Shown: positions 12,025 to 22,196, numbered from the stretch's first letter. The stretch: 64,000 nt of DNA from an uncultured Candidatus Saccharibacteria bacterium (GCA_964453075.1 CAYVNM010000002.1:4279-68278); one strand, 5' to 3'. A program made the numbers and translations. Notes: generated from the sequence alone by a model not told the origin.

Positions 12025-12582
12025 TTATCTTAGAGAATAAGTCTTAACTTCTAATGTAAACTCCAAATCATTATCTGTAGACTTAGTGCCGCCAATATTT
12101 CTTATCACCAATTTTTCAACATCTATTAGACGCAAACTCGCCTCTATCTCTTCTAGAAACTTTATGAAACTATCGTATTCTCCCACCACTTTGAAAGAAA
12201 CTGTGTTTGTTATGTAAGTCTTTCCTTGAACTTCACCTGTTATGAGACTTCTGTCCTCTGTTTTTTGAGTTTCTGTTTTAAAATCTTTAACAGTTAGATC
12301 ATTATTCAGGATCATAGAATTAATATCGTTTGCAAACAAAACAGCATTAAACTCTACTGGGACCAGCTTATTTAATTTTTCTGCATTTGTCTCTGATATG
12401 TTGCCATAATCCTTAAGAATTTTATCTCTCAGAGCTCCGAGTTCTACAGATTTTTTTAAAACCTCTTCATAATTTGATTTTTTTTCTCTAAGAGCCTGAA
12501 CTTCAGGAATAGCAGAATCTATATAGAAAAAATACATGCCTATTGAAACTCCTATGACTATAAATGGTGCAAAAAATTTCAT
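12025..12582 (-). CDS. pilO: PilO-like pilus assembly protein.
   Basis: N-terminal TM helix followed by a coiled coil (ALREKKSNYEEVLKK). 185 aa. Position after pilN. Confidence 0.6.
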   Translation of the reverse strand: MKFFAPFIVIGVSIGMYFFYIDSAIPEVQALREKKSNYEEVLKKSVELGALRDKILKDYGNISETNAEKLNKLVPVEFNAVLFANDINSMILNNDLTVKDFKTETQKTEDRSLITGEVQGKTYITNTVSFKVVGEYDSFIKFLEEIEASLRLIDVEKLVIRNIGGTKSTDNDLEFTLEVKTYSLR

Positions 12583-12586
12583 ATAG

Positions 12587-13189
12587 TTAATTTGAAGGTG
12601 TTGAATCCATTATCTTTTTATAAGAAATCAAACCGGGATCTATATCTGCAGAAAATTTTACAGAAATATAACCATTATCTCCCAAATTAAAATCCGTGAA
12701 TTTAGAATTTCTAATAAACTCATTTTTTGAGAAAACCTCTTGTTGTTCGGCCAGAGCGTTATAGGTTTGTATATCTCCCGATATCATAACTGTAGGGTTA
12801 CTGCCTTTTTTTAAATACTCAAAACTAGTAAATCGCATCTTTTTTAATGTCAGATCTTCAAGTAAAGTGAGCACCTTGGAAACAGCCACATGACTTCTTA
12901 AAAGATTTTTGGCTGAAGTCATTTTATTATCTATATCAATGAGTTCCTTAATTTTCTCTGGCTCATAAACTTCCCTAGCCTCTATTATGGCCTTATCTGC
13001 CTTATTTATTTGACCTTTCAGAATTTTTCCATAAACAAACAGTCCGCCTGAAACCAAAAGTGCCCCAACAAAAATAATTCCAGATATCACAGAAAAAAGA
13101 CTGGTTGAACGAACTGTCGCCACAGCAGATTCTTGTGGCAAACCCATTGGTTTTTTGGGAATGAATGAGTTTTGAAATTTTGGTTCCAT
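12587..13189 (-). CDS. pilN: PilN-like pilus assembly protein.
   Basis: TM helix (SVISGIIFVGALLVSGGLFVYG) followed by a coiled coil. 200 aa. Position after pilM. Confidence 0.6.
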   Translation of the reverse strand: MEPKFQNSFIPKKPMGLPQESAVATVRSTSLFSVISGIIFVGALLVSGGLFVYGKILKGQINKADKAIIEAREVYEPEKIKELIDIDNKMTSAKNLLRSHVAVSKVLTLLEDLTLKKMRFTSFEYLKKGSNPTVMISGDIQTYNALAEQQEVFSKNEFIRNSKFTDFNLGDNGYISVKFSADIDPGLISYKKIMDSTPSN

Positions 13190-13263
13190 ATTATGTTCTA
13201 ATTATAGTATACACAGAAATAAAAAACCATTTAAACTGTGTATAAAAAATATAAAATTAGAAA

Positions 13264-14397
13264 CTAATCTAATTCTTGTAATCTGCGAAGGGCAACCCCC
13301 ACAGCAACAGCAAACTCTGGACCAGTCTCATGAAGAACTTTTTCCAAAAAAGCAGGAGCAACCACCTTTGAAAATGGATCTCCAGCAACAACTTCTGTTT
13401 GAAAACTCTCTTTTGCAACATCTACAACACCTTTTAAGGCGCTTCCTCCACCAACCAATACAACCTTACTAACATTTTTGTTATATTTCTTTTGATAAGC
13501 GAGAACAACCCTGTTTGACTCTGAAAAAATATAGTTTAAGGTTAAACCAACGACATCTTTTATCTTTGTACCGTTGATTTCACCAACGAGACCTTTTTCT
13601 CTTTTTAAATATTCAGCATCTACTACTGATATTCCCAAAGATTTTGATAATTCATCTGTAATACTCTGAGAACCACGATTTACAGAGTGAGAGGACCTGA
13701 GTATCCCCCTTTCTATTATGTATAGTTTTGTACTAGTAGCACCCATATCTACAATAAGAACAGGAGCAACCTCTTGATCCATAATAGATCTCATGGTACT
13801 AAATATTTCTATTTCAAAAAAACTAGCATCCAAAGCCGTCTTGGTGACAATATCCTTGTAGCGAAGAAGTGTATCATTATGCAGAGCAACAATAAGAACC
13901 TCTAGTGTTTGGATATTAGATTTTTTATTATCTTGAACCACATTTTGCTCGGTGTCAGGATTTTTATCTTTTGGAATTATGTACCAATCAAGAGCAACCT
14001 CTGATATTGGCACTGGTATATATTTTCTAGCCTCTACAGGAATCATTATTTCTAATTGTCTCTGCGGTTGAACTGGCATTTCCATCACAGCCATAAGACT
14101 AGAAGCAAAAGGTATGGCCACTCCACATACCCGTGTACTTATATTAACCTCTTTTTCTTTCAGCATGTCTAAAATAGCTTCTACTATCTTTTCTGGTGAC
14201 AAATTAGTTGCTTCCCCCACACTCTTCCCTGCATATGGACCTAGCGCCAGTTCTCCATAAGTTTCCAAAATAGCATGCCCGTTTTTACGACTTATTTGGA
14301 CCATTTTTATGGACGAAGATCCTATGTCTATACCCAAAACACTCTGGCTTTTCCTACCAAAGACAGAACCAACAATGTTTGAAACAAAATTCGCCAT
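13264..14397 (-). CDS. pilM: PilM (actin-like ATPase of the T4P inner-membrane complex). Start probably at the second Met, MANFVSN.
   Basis: VLGIDIGSSSIKMVQI actin-fold phosphate-1 motif. About 375 aa. Confidence 0.8.
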   Translation of the reverse strand: MANFVSNIVGSVFGRKSQSVLGIDIGSSSIKMVQISRKNGHAILETYGELALGPYAGKSVGEATNLSPEKIVEAILDMLKEKEVNISTRVCGVAIPFASSLMAVMEMPVQPQRQLEIMIPVEARKYIPVPISEVALDWYIIPKDKNPDTEQNVVQDNKKSNIQTLEVLIVALHNDTLLRYKDIVTKTALDASFFEIEIFSTMRSIMDQEVAPVLIVDMGATSTKLYIIERGILRSSHSVNRGSQSITDELSKSLGISVVDAEYLKREKGLVGEINGTKIKDVVGLTLNYIFSESNRVVLAYQKKYNKNVSKVVLVGGGSALKGVVDVAKESFQTEVVAGDPFSKVVAPAFLEKVLHETGPEFAVAVGVALRRLQELD

Positions 14398-14439
14398 AAA
14401 AATAATAGGTATATAATAGTATAACATAAACAAACTGTT

Positions 14440-15096
14440 ATGTTACAAAATATAAAGAAATTATTTCTGGTAATTATTGACTTAATTCTACCACCAAGAA
14501 CGGATTTTGCTATTGTTAACAAACTAGATGAAGAAAAAATAAATAATCTAACAAAATCTCCTCCTGTAGATGGGGCTGATTGGATTTCCTCATTGTTTCA
14601 TTATAAAAACAATAATGTCAGAGCCATAATTTGGGAATTAAAGTACAGAGAAAACACAAAACCATTACCACAAATAGGAAAATTACTTTATGATGAGATT
14701 ATTTCAACTGTATCTGACATTATAACCTTTGATAATGACGCAAAATTCCTATTAATACCAATACCCATTACTAAAGAAAGACGAATAGAAAGAGGTTTCA
14801 ACCAGAGCGAACTAATAGCCAAATCTATTTTAGAAAATGATCTCTCCAGGACCCTACTTTATGCACCACAATGGTTTCAAAAGGTTAAAGACACACCAAA
14901 ACAAAGTCGTAGTGAATCTAAACAAGAAAGAATAATAAATCTTCTGGGATGTTTTGAGGCTGACCCAAGAGTGGAAGGAAAATATATAATATTGGTTGAT
15001 GATGTTGTCACAACTGGTAGTACCTTATCAGAAGCCAGAAAAACCCTACTTTCTACAGAAGCTCGAGATGTTTTGGCATTTACCATAGCTCATTAA
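14440..15096 (+). CDS. comFC: ComF-family phosphoribosyltransferase (ComFC), a DNA-uptake competence protein.
   Basis: ERGFNQSELIAKSI and the PRPP-binding YIILVDDVVTTGSTLSEA motif. Divergent from pilM. Confidence 0.75.
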   Translation: MLQNIKKLFLVIIDLILPPRTDFAIVNKLDEEKINNLTKSPPVDGADWISSLFHYKNNNVRAIIWELKYRENTKPLPQIGKLLYDEIISTVSDIITFDNDAKFLLIPIPITKERRIERGFNQSELIAKSILENDLSRTLLYAPQWFQKVKDTPKQSRSESKQERIINLLGCFEADPRVEGKYIILVDDVVTTGSTLSEARKTLLSTEARDVLAFTIAH

Positions 15097-15118
15097 AGTA
15101 TGCTAAAGTGTCTTAATT

Positions 15119-15207
15119 GGAGACGTGTCAGAGTGGTCTAATGTACCTCTTTGCTAAAGAGGCGTGCCCTTTAAACGGCACCGACGGTTCGAATCCGTCC
15201 GTCTCCG
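15119..15207 (+). tRNA. tRNA-Ser(GCU), type II with a long variable arm.
   Basis: Acceptor GGAGACG/CGTCTCC. Anticodon arm CCTCT-TTGCTAA-AGAGG. Long variable arm GTGCCCTTTAAACGGCAC. T-arm GACGG-TTCGAAT-CCGTC. Discriminator G. Confidence 0.8.
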
Positions 15208-15229
15208 CAGAAATTCAGAAAATTATCCA

Positions 15230-15646
15230 ATGAAAAAATTTTTCAAAAAACTCGATAAGTTTGAAACACACCACAGGGTTGTCGTTTTTTGCCTAGTTTT
15301 AATTGGTACTGTTATGGTTACTCGATTTCTTGTTTTATTTTACAATCCAAACCCAGTGCTTTTTGGAGTTGAACTGCACCACTTTGATTATGGCCTCTTT
15401 TTACTTTTGATAAGTTCTGGTTTAATGCTGTTTGAACCAAGAAAATATATAAACGTAAACCTGTTTTTTACTGCCATAGCATCAGGACTCATTCTTGATG
15501 AATATTGGCTTGTCAGAAAAAGCGTTGTAGAAGATACGACAAACAGCATAGAATTATACTACTCTTCCCTTCCGACAGCTGTAATTATAGGCACAGTAAC
15601 AATATTAGTTATTCTGTTTTTTAACTCAATCCTAAAGAGAAGTTAG
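15230..15646 (+). CDS. Small polytopic membrane protein of unknown function.
   Basis: MKKFFKKL... with 3-4 predicted TM helices. The upstream part of the tool ORF (15164..) overlaps the tRNA and is rejected. Confidence 0.5.
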   Translation: MKKFFKKLDKFETHHRVVVFCLVLIGTVMVTRFLVLFYNPNPVLFGVELHHFDYGLFLLLISSGLMLFEPRKYINVNLFFTAIASGLILDEYWLVRKSVVEDTTNSIELYYSSLPTAVIIGTVTILVILFFNSILKRS

Positions 15647-15684
15647 ACTTTTTGTTAATAAATTGATAATTTAGATAAACATCT

Positions 15685-15771
15685 GGACAGATGAGTGAGT
15701 GGTTGAAACTAGCGGTTTACTAAACCGCCGTACCCTAACAGGTACCGTGGGTTCGAATCCCACTCTGTCCG
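15685..15771 (+). tRNA. Type II (long variable arm, Ser-like D-loop) tRNA whose 7-nt anticodon loop reads TTACTAA, i.e. apparent anticodon ACU.
   Basis: Acceptor GGACAGA/TCTGTCC. D-loop GAGTGGTTGAA. Anticodon stem GCGGT/ACCGC with loop TTACTAA. Variable arm GTACC-CTAACA-GGTAC. T-arm GTGGG-TTCGAAT-CCCAC. Confidence 0.6.
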
Positions 15772-15823
15772 CTAAAATTTGGAATCAGGTGTATAATAAA
15801 AACATACAAGCTAACAAAAAATT

Positions 15824-16225
15824 ATGTTGAAAGAATTCAAACAATTTTTACTAAGAGGAAACGTCGTGGATTTGGCTGTTGGTGTTGTTGTAGGTGCAGC
15901 ATTTGGCAGCATAGTCACAGCCCTTGTAACAGACTTGCTAACACCGCTTATTGCCGCAATAGCAAAAGTACCAGACTTTGGAGGCTTATCCTTTACATTA
16001 AATGGCAGTAAATTCATGTACGGACATTTCATAAACGCCTTGATTTCCTTTATTCTAGTAGCAGGAGCTGTGTTCTTCTTTGTAGTAAAACCAATGAATG
16101 TATTGATTTCTCGTTCTCGTAAAGAACCCCCTACCGATCCAACAACCAAAAAGTGTGCTGAGTGTCTAAGCGAAATACCTATACAAGCCAAAAGATGTGC
16201 TCACTGCTCACAAACAGTAGCATAA
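15824..16225 (+). CDS. mscL: Large-conductance mechanosensitive channel MscL.
   Basis: MLKEFKQFLLRGNVVDLAVGVVVGAAFGSIVTALV... is the canonical MscL N-terminus. 133 aa. Confidence 0.85.
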   Translation: MLKEFKQFLLRGNVVDLAVGVVVGAAFGSIVTALVTDLLTPLIAAIAKVPDFGGLSFTLNGSKFMYGHFINALISFILVAGAVFFFVVKPMNVLISRSRKEPPTDPTTKKCAECLSEIPIQAKRCAHCSQTVA

Positions 16226-16256
16226 AGAACAAAAACCAGAGACAATCCTCTGGTTT

Positions 16257-18449
16257 TTGTTTGCGTGTTACAATGGTTTTATGAGATTAGATTCTCCATT
16301 ATCTGAAGTTACTAGAATATTACCAGTACACAAAAACGCCCTAGAAAAACTTGGTCTAAAAACCATAGAAGACTTACTCTACTACTTCCCGGTTAGATAC
16401 GGTGATACTAGCCAAATGAAGAATATAAAAAATCTACAAAAAGGTGACGTCTCTACGGTTTTTGGAAAAATATCAGGATTAAAAACCAGCAAAGCTTTTA
16501 TAAAAAAGATTCCAATGTCAGAAGCTTTTGTAACAGACGACACAGGAAAAATAAAAATTGTTTGGTTCAATCAGCCATACATAGCCAAAATGATTCATGA
16601 TGGCCAACTGGTCAGAGTAGAGGGAAAAATCTCAGAAAGAAAGAACGAGTATTACATGAGTAATCCAAAAGTAGAAGTGGTTGAAACATTACCAACTGCT
16701 TTTGGTGATTCTCTATTTGTTAATGACACAACATCTTTAAATGACACTCACGTAATGTACCCGGTATACCCAGAGAGTAAAGGCGTAACATCACATTGGA
16801 TATACCACATTATTCAAAAAATATTTAACTCGGGAATCCTGGATAATATTACTGACCCAATACCACCTGATATCTTAAAGAAATATAATTTACCTGTGAT
16901 AAGAACAGCTTTTATTTGGATTCACACACCCAAAAAAGAAAGCGATGGACTTTCTGCTCGTAAAAGATTTGCCTTTCAAGAAATATTTTTTATACAACTA
17001 CAAAAACAAAAAGAAAGAAAATTGTGGAAAAATCAAAACGCTTTCAAAATAGAAACAAAAACCAAAGACATTGATGAATTCGTAAAAAGATTCCCCTTTG
17101 AACCTACAGACTCTCAGCTAAGTGCAATCAAATCAATAGTAAACGATTTTAAGCGAGGTTTTCCTATGTCTCGCCTACTTGAGGGTGACGTTGGTTCTGG
17201 AAAAACCGCAGTAGCTGCTACTGTAATATACGCCATCACACAAACGAGACCTATAGGAAAGGATTATGGTAACTTACAAACAGCATACATGGTTCCCACA
17301 GAAATATTAGCAAAACAGCATTACGAGAATTTTATTTCTTACTTTAAACACTTACCAATAAAAATTGGTCTTGTAACCGGAAGTGGTTGTCAAATCTTCC
17401 CTTCAAAGAGTGACGGTACAAAACCAACAAAAATATCGAGGAGTCAGCTTTTGAAATGGGTTGAAAATGGTGAAGTGCCGATACTCATAGGAACACATAC
17501 GCTTATACAAAAATCTGTTAAATTTAAACATTTGGCGCTGGTTGTAATAGACGAACAACATCGTTTCGGCACCGCCCAAAGACAAAAACTTACAGACAAA
17601 GATAAAATAATCCCCCATTTACTGAGTATGACCGCAACCCCTATACCAAGAACTCTCGCTTTGACGATATATGGTGACTTAGACTTAACCCTACTTGATC
17701 AAATGCCACACGGTCGCAAACCCATAATCACAAAAATAATTTTACCCACAGAGAGAGAAAAAGCATATGAACAAATACGCATGGAATTAAAAGCTGGAAG
17801 ACAACTGTATGTTATATGCCCTCGAATCGACGAACCAGACCCAACAAAAGAAATGGCAGTAATAGCCAAATCAGTAACCTTAGAAGCAGAAAGGTTAAAC
17901 AGAGAAGTGTTTCCAGAATACATGATAGATATATTACACAGCAAGATGTCACCTGGAGAAAAAGAAAGTGTAATGGCAGATTTTTCTTCTGGTAAAACAA
18001 AAATATTGGTTGCAACTTCTGTGGTAGAAGTTGGAGTAAATGTTCCAAATGCAACAATGATTGTAATAGAAGGTGCAGAAAGATTTGGTCTAGCACAACT
18101 ACACCAATTAAGAGGTCGGGTCATCCGTAGCAACCATCAAGCATATTGCTTTGTTTTTGCTGAAAGTAACGGTCAAAAAACAAAAGATAGGATGAAGGCG
18201 CTGATCACAGCTAAAAATGGCTTTGAATTAGCAGAGTTTGATTTAACACAGAGAGGCTCCGGAGAATTATACGGCAAAAAACAATGGGGTATCTCAGATC
18301 TGGCCATGGAAGCAATAAAAAATATAAAAATGGTAGAAGCTAGCAGAGAAGAAGCGTCGCGTATTGTGGAGGAAGATGAAAACTTTGATTTACACCCATT
18401 GATTAAAGAGTATTTCCAAAACCAAAAAGACAAAATTCATTTTGAATAA
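16257..18449 (+). CDS. recG: ATP-dependent DNA helicase RecG (possible true start at MRLDSP, 16281).
   Basis: Wedge domain, Walker A GDVGSGKTAVA, DEQH box VVIDEQHRFG, and a helicase C domain. Confidence 0.85.
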   Translation: MFACYNGFMRLDSPLSEVTRILPVHKNALEKLGLKTIEDLLYYFPVRYGDTSQMKNIKNLQKGDVSTVFGKISGLKTSKAFIKKIPMSEAFVTDDTGKIKIVWFNQPYIAKMIHDGQLVRVEGKISERKNEYYMSNPKVEVVETLPTAFGDSLFVNDTTSLNDTHVMYPVYPESKGVTSHWIYHIIQKIFNSGILDNITDPIPPDILKKYNLPVIRTAFIWIHTPKKESDGLSARKRFAFQEIFFIQLQKQKERKLWKNQNAFKIETKTKDIDEFVKRFPFEPTDSQLSAIKSIVNDFKRGFPMSRLLEGDVGSGKTAVAATVIYAITQTRPIGKDYGNLQTAYMVPTEILAKQHYENFISYFKHLPIKIGLVTGSGCQIFPSKSDGTKPTKISRSQLLKWVENGEVPILIGTHTLIQKSVKFKHLALVVIDEQHRFGTAQRQKLTDKDKIIPHLLSMTATPIPRTLALTIYGDLDLTLLDQMPHGRKPIITKIILPTEREKAYEQIRMELKAGRQLYVICPRIDEPDPTKEMAVIAKSVTLEAERLNREVFPEYMIDILHSKMSPGEKESVMADFSSGKTKILVATSVVEVGVNVPNATMIVIEGAERFGLAQLHQLRGRVIRSNHQAYCFVFAESNGQKTKDRMKALITAKNGFELAEFDLTQRGSGELYGKKQWGISDLAMEAIKNIKMVEASREEASRIVEEDENFDLHPLIKEYFQNQKDKIHFE

Positions 18450-18486
18450 ATTTTACATAGAAAACAAAAGTGATATCATTTATGTA

Positions 18487-18768
18487 ATGAAAAACTTTTT
18501 AACACAAAATAAAAAACATATACTATTATTGTTGGTAGGTTTGGTTTTACAAGTATCAATGAAGTACCCAAAAATTTTCAGTCTCATGCCACAAGAAATA
18601 GAGAATCAAGCCTCTATTTTAGTATTTCTTGTTTTACCATTTTTATTTCCATACCTTGGGTACCGCACCTACAGAGACAACAAAATTATTAGTATAATGT
18701 ATTTTCTATTATCAATTTATCCGATTATATTGCTTGTAATAGGAACAATTATGTTATTATCCTGGTAA
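18487..18768 (+). CDS. Small membrane protein, hypothetical.
   Basis: Hydrophobic segments. Followed by the bidirectional terminator at 18782-18819. Confidence 0.35.
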   Translation: MKNFLTQNKKHILLLLVGLVLQVSMKYPKIFSLMPQEIENQASILVFLVLPFLFPYLGYRTYRDNKIISIMYFLLSIYPIILLVIGTIMLLSW

Positions 18769-18781
18769 AATAAAGCATTAA

Positions 18782-18819
18782 CCCCAGTACCGCTTAGTTA
18801 GCGCGGTACTGGGGTTTTT
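18782..18819. terminator. Bidirectional intrinsic terminator.
   Basis: ccccagtaccgc-ttagttag-cgcggtactgggg followed by ttttt. An A-run on the other side serves minus-strand gene K. Confidence 0.7.
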
Positions 18820-18827
18820 GGACCAGA

Positions 18828-19019
18828 TTACACCTTCCTCTGTCGAACCTTCCTGGTTCCATTGTGCCCGTGAGAACCCTTCTTCGGATCCTGTGGCACA
18901 ACCTTCTCTTCTCGTCCCTTGGGTGGATTGACCAGAACTTCCGCCTGCGCGGACCCCTCGGTTGCGACTGCAAACGGAGAGTAGAACGCTTTCGTTGCTG
19001 GAAACAATCTATGGGCCAT
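18828..19019 (-). CDS. Small basic protein of atypical GC-rich composition (gene K), unknown function.
   Basis: 63 aa: MAHRLFPATKAFYSPFAVATEG...KKGSHGHNGTRKVRQRKV. Strong SD (taGGAGGttgtccaATG). Local GC far above background. Upstream palindrome CAGAGTCTcccAGACTCTG (19239-19257). Confidence 0.45.
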   Translation of the reverse strand: MAHRLFPATKAFYSPFAVATEGSAQAEVLVNPPKGREEKVVPQDPKKGSHGHNGTRKVRQRKV

Positions 19020-19301
19020 TGGACAACCTCCTATACCAGGATACTAAAAACTTAGATTAATACAAGTATTATAGTTAAACCAGAGCCTACGAGACTCTGC
19101 TGAGAGTGAACCATATCGTCACGAGTTTTAAAAAGCCGACACTTAAGAATCTCGAAACTTACAGTTTCTGTACACCTGTTCTGTTTTTTACTTCGTAAAC
19201 TCGTAAAAAACTATCACAGGTTTTCGAGTCCTGACACAGAGTCTCCCAGACTCTGCTGAGGGTAAACACGTAAAAAAGCACCTTACGTGCTTTTTTTCGT
19301 G

Positions 19302-19375
19302 TCCGCCCTCCAGGACTCGAACCTGGGACCCCAGAGGTATAAGCTCTGTGCTCTAACCAACTGAGCTAAGGGCGG
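19302..19375 (-). tRNA. tRNA-Ile(UAU) (AUA decoder).
   Basis: Minus-strand sequence CCGCCCT-TA-GCTC-AGTTGGTTA-GAGC-A-CAGAG-CTTATAC-CTCTG-GGGTC-CCAGG-TTCGAGT-CCTGG-AGGGCGG-A. The anticodon loop CTTATAC gives UAU. Terminator hairpin lies immediately downstream (19273-19300). Confidence 0.7.
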
Positions 19376-19429
19376 ATTTTGGTTAGCTAGTGACTATAAC
19401 AAAATAACACATTTTACAGAAAAACAAAA

Positions 19430-19639
19430 TCAATGATAATCAGTTTTTCTATTCACTATCTTATGAGCTTCTGCTATAGCCTCTTCCGGTGTAATTTCAC
19501 CTTGATTTAGAGCTATAAGTAGATTATCAAGAGCAGGTATCTCAAAATCATTGGCACCCATCACAGCGGCCTGTTGTTTCATTTCCCCTATTATCATAAC
19601 CGCTTGTTCTTTTTGATTTTTGTTTGGCTCTCCTTCCAT
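19430..19639 (-). CDS. Small acidic hypothetical protein downstream of ftsH.
   Basis: 69-aa ORF. Confidence 0.3.
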   Translation of the reverse strand: MEGEPNKNQKEQAVMIIGEMKQQAAVMGANDFEIPALDNLLIALNQGEITPEEAIAEAHKIVNRKTDYH

Positions 19640-19652
19640 AAAATAATTATAT

Positions 19653-21608
19653 CTATTCTTGGTGTTCGATGTCTAATTTTTTCTTTGGAACAATACCGTT
19701 GGCAACCAAAAGTGTTTCAAACTCCGCTCGTTCTATTGTTTCTGTTTCTATAAGTCTTTTTGCTATTGCATCCAAAAGTTTTTTGTTTTCTGAAATAACT
19801 TTCTCTGCTTTTTCACGTGCTTCTTTCATTATACGACTAACTTCTGCATCTATATCTGCAGCAACTTTCTCTGAAAATTCTTTTTCCTCAACACCTCTTC
19901 CAAATAAAACTTTCCCACCCTGTCCTTCAAGAGCAACCGGACCTAGTGTTTCTGACATTCCATATTTTGTGACCATGTCTCGTGCCAGAGCTGTTGAAAC
20001 CTGCAGATCATTTGATGGGCCGGTGGTCAAATCATCAAATAGCATTTTTTCTGTTACATATCCTCCAAGAGAAACCGCGATATCATCCAGGAATTCTTTT
20101 TTAGATTGTAACTTTGTATCCTCTAAAGGAAGATGCAGAACATAGCCAGCCGCACGACCGCGAGATATTATCGATATCTTGTGAACAGGATCAGCATAAG
20201 GCAGAATTGATGCAAGCACAGCATGTCCTGCTTCATGGTAGGCTGTTATTTCCTTTTCCTTTGTTGAAAGAATGTGACTTTTTCTTTCTGGTCCTAGCAT
20301 TACCTTTTCTATTGAACGTATAAGATCGTATTGAGAAACTTTTGTACGATTTTCACGTGCAGCCAAAATTGCACCTTCATTCATAAGAGAATAAAGATCG
20401 GCTCCAGAAAATCCCGGGGTCCTCTCCGCTATTACTTTCAAGTTTACATCTTCTGCAAAGGGTTTCTTTGTACTGTGTACTATCAAAATATCCTCTCTGT
20501 CTTTGCGATCTGGTAGATCCAAGGTCACACGTCTATCAAACCTTCCTGGGCGAAGGAGAGCAGGATCTAAAACATCCGGTCTGTTTGTGGCAGCCATAAC
20601 AATTACCTTCTCATTTGGCTCAAAACCATCCATCTCAACCAAAATTTGATTGAGGGTTTGTTCTCTCTCATCATTTCCACCACCAGCCCCAACACCCCTC
20701 ACTCTTCCAACTGCATCTATTTCATCAACAAAAATAATAGCCGGCGAGTTTCTCTTGGCCATCATAAATAGATCACGAACTCTTGATGCACCAACTCCAA
20801 CAAACATCTCCACAAACTCTGACCCCGAAATTGAGAAAAATGCCACACTAGCTTCTCCAGCCACAGCACGAGCAAGTAATGTTTTACCTGTACCAGGAGC
20901 ACCCATCAATAAAATACCTTTTGGTATACGTGCTCCTATATCAAGAAACTTTTTTGGATTTTTCAAAAAATCCACAATCTCCGCCAGTTCTTCTTTTGCT
21001 TCTTTGCAACCAGCCACATCCTTGAATGTCACTCTCTGATTTTTATCATTTGGATCTATCATTCTTGCTTTAGACTGTCCAAAAGTCATAGCTTGCATTC
21101 CAGCACCACGCATTTGTCTGGAAATAAACCAAATAAATACTAAAATAAATAGTATTGGAAAAATTATAGGCATCAAATTTAGAAACCAAAAACCCAAACC
21201 ATTTTCTCTCTTTATATCTATTGTGATTTTAGAAATCTCTTCTTTTGTAACACCATAATTAACTAGTGTTTGTAATAATGCCTCTCCTTCTTCCTTTTTA
21301 CCAGTTTTTTTGTCTCCACTCTTATATTCAACATCCAAAGTATCCCCTTTCACAATAATAGACTTCACTAAATCTGACTTTATATCGGAAGATATCTGAG
21401 AAATAGGAATTTCAACAGCCTTCTCGGAAGTCCTGTCTGTAATCAAAGAATAAATGGTAGATAAAATTATAAATATAATCAGAATAGAGGCTATATAACT
21501 TATTATAGACCCTCCTTCTGGAGTTTTTCCCCCATTATCCCTTCTTTTTATTATTGGTTTTTGTTTTTCTGGTGATTTTGAGGTCTCCATAGTAGCCCCA
21601 GTATACAT
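19653..21608 (-). CDS. ftsH: ATP-dependent zinc metalloprotease FtsH.
   Basis: AAA+ Walker [22 protein letters not shown], and a zinc-binding HEAGHAV motif. N-terminal TM helices. Confidence 0.9.
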   Translation of the reverse strand: MYTGATMETSKSPEKQKPIIKRRDNGGKTPEGGSIISYIASILIIFIILSTIYSLITDRTSEKAVEIPISQISSDIKSDLVKSIIVKGDTLDVEYKSGDKKTGKKEEGEALLQTLVNYGVTKEEISKITIDIKRENGLGFWFLNLMPIIFPILFILVFIWFISRQMRGAGMQAMTFGQSKARMIDPNDKNQRVTFKDVAGCKEAKEELAEIVDFLKNPKKFLDIGARIPKGILLMGAPGTGKTLLARAVAGEASVAFFSISGSEFVEMFVGVGASRVRDLFMMAKRNSPAIIFVDEIDAVGRVRGVGAGGGNDEREQTLNQILVEMDGFEPNEKVIVMAATNRPDVLDPALLRPGRFDRRVTLDLPDRKDREDILIVHSTKKPFAEDVNLKVIAERTPGFSGADLYSLMNEGAILAARENRTKVSQYDLIRSIEKVMLGPERKSHILSTKEKEITAYHEAGHAVLASILPYADPVHKISIISRGRAAGYVLHLPLEDTKLQSKKEFLDDIAVSLGGYVTEKMLFDDLTTGPSNDLQVSTALARDMVTKYGMSETLGPVALEGQGGKVLFGRGVEEKEFSEKVAADIDAEVSRIMKEAREKAEKVISENKKLLDAIAKRLIETETIERAEFETLLVANGIVPKKKLDIEHQE

Positions 21609-21752
21609 CCCAAAAGAGTTTTAGCAAACAAATATTCCCCCCTCTAGAAAATGTTGTGGTGTTACCTATTATAACGCCCCATCCCTACAATGAAAAACTC
21701 TAACGGGACAGGTAAAATAAGTAAAATAAAAGTGTGTTATAATCAGAAAATA

Positions 21753-22196
21753 ATGTCCCTTATATCAAACAAAAAAGCATACTTTAATTATGAAATTGGA
21801 GAAACATACAGTGCTGGTATGGATCTTTTTGGTTATGAAGTAAAATCACTCCGTAAGGGACAAGGGTCTCTCGAAGGGGCATATGTCACAATTCGAGGAA
21901 ACGAAGCCTTCCTTATAAACTCTTTCGTACCACCATATCAAGAGAAAAACGCACCCACCGACTACAATCCACGCAGAAACCGAAGGCTTTTGCTAACAAA
22001 AAAAGAGATAAAGGAACTGGGTGATATTGAGAAAACCAAAGGCTTGACAATTGTACCTATTTCGGTGTATAATAAAGGAAGAGTTTTGAAGATTGATCTC
22101 GGAATAGGTAAAGGTAAAAAGAAATTTGATAAACGCGAGACACTGAAAAAAAATGATATGGACAGAGAAATCCGTAGAGAGTTTAAAGATAGATAA
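21753..22196 (+). CDS. smpB: SsrA-binding protein SmpB.
   Basis: MSLISNKKAYFNYEI...GYEVKSLRKG...YNPRRNRRLLLTKKEI SmpB signature. The tmRNA gene follows immediately. Confidence 0.85.
   Translation: MSLISNKKAYFNYEIGETYSAGMDLFGYEVKSLRKGQGSLEGAYVTIRGNEAFLINSFVPPYQEKNAPTDYNPRRNRRLLLTKKEIKELGDIEKTKGLTIVPISVYNKGRVLKIDLGIGKGKKKFDKRETLKKNDMDREIRREFKDR

Noticed and set aside
12020-12025. Possible CRISPR arrays or rRNA genes anywhere in the window.
   Set aside because: No arrays of regularly spaced direct repeats and no rRNA-like conserved blocks were seen.
15164-15229. Upstream extension of the ORF at 15164 (MPFKRHRRFESVRLRRNSENYP...).
   Set aside because: It overlaps tRNA-Ser(GCU) on the same strand. 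The real start is the ATG at 15230 (MKKFFKKL).
18940-19010. tmRNA-like tag region (GACTGCAAACGGAGAGTAGAACGCTTTCGTTGCTGG resembles the E. coli ssrA resume/tag sequence).
   Set aside because: The frame hits TAG after 4 codons. No GGGG 5' end or tRNA-like T-arm/acceptor nearby. The bona fide tmRNA is at 22242-22637 next to smpB. The region is better explained as the antisense of the GC-rich gene K.
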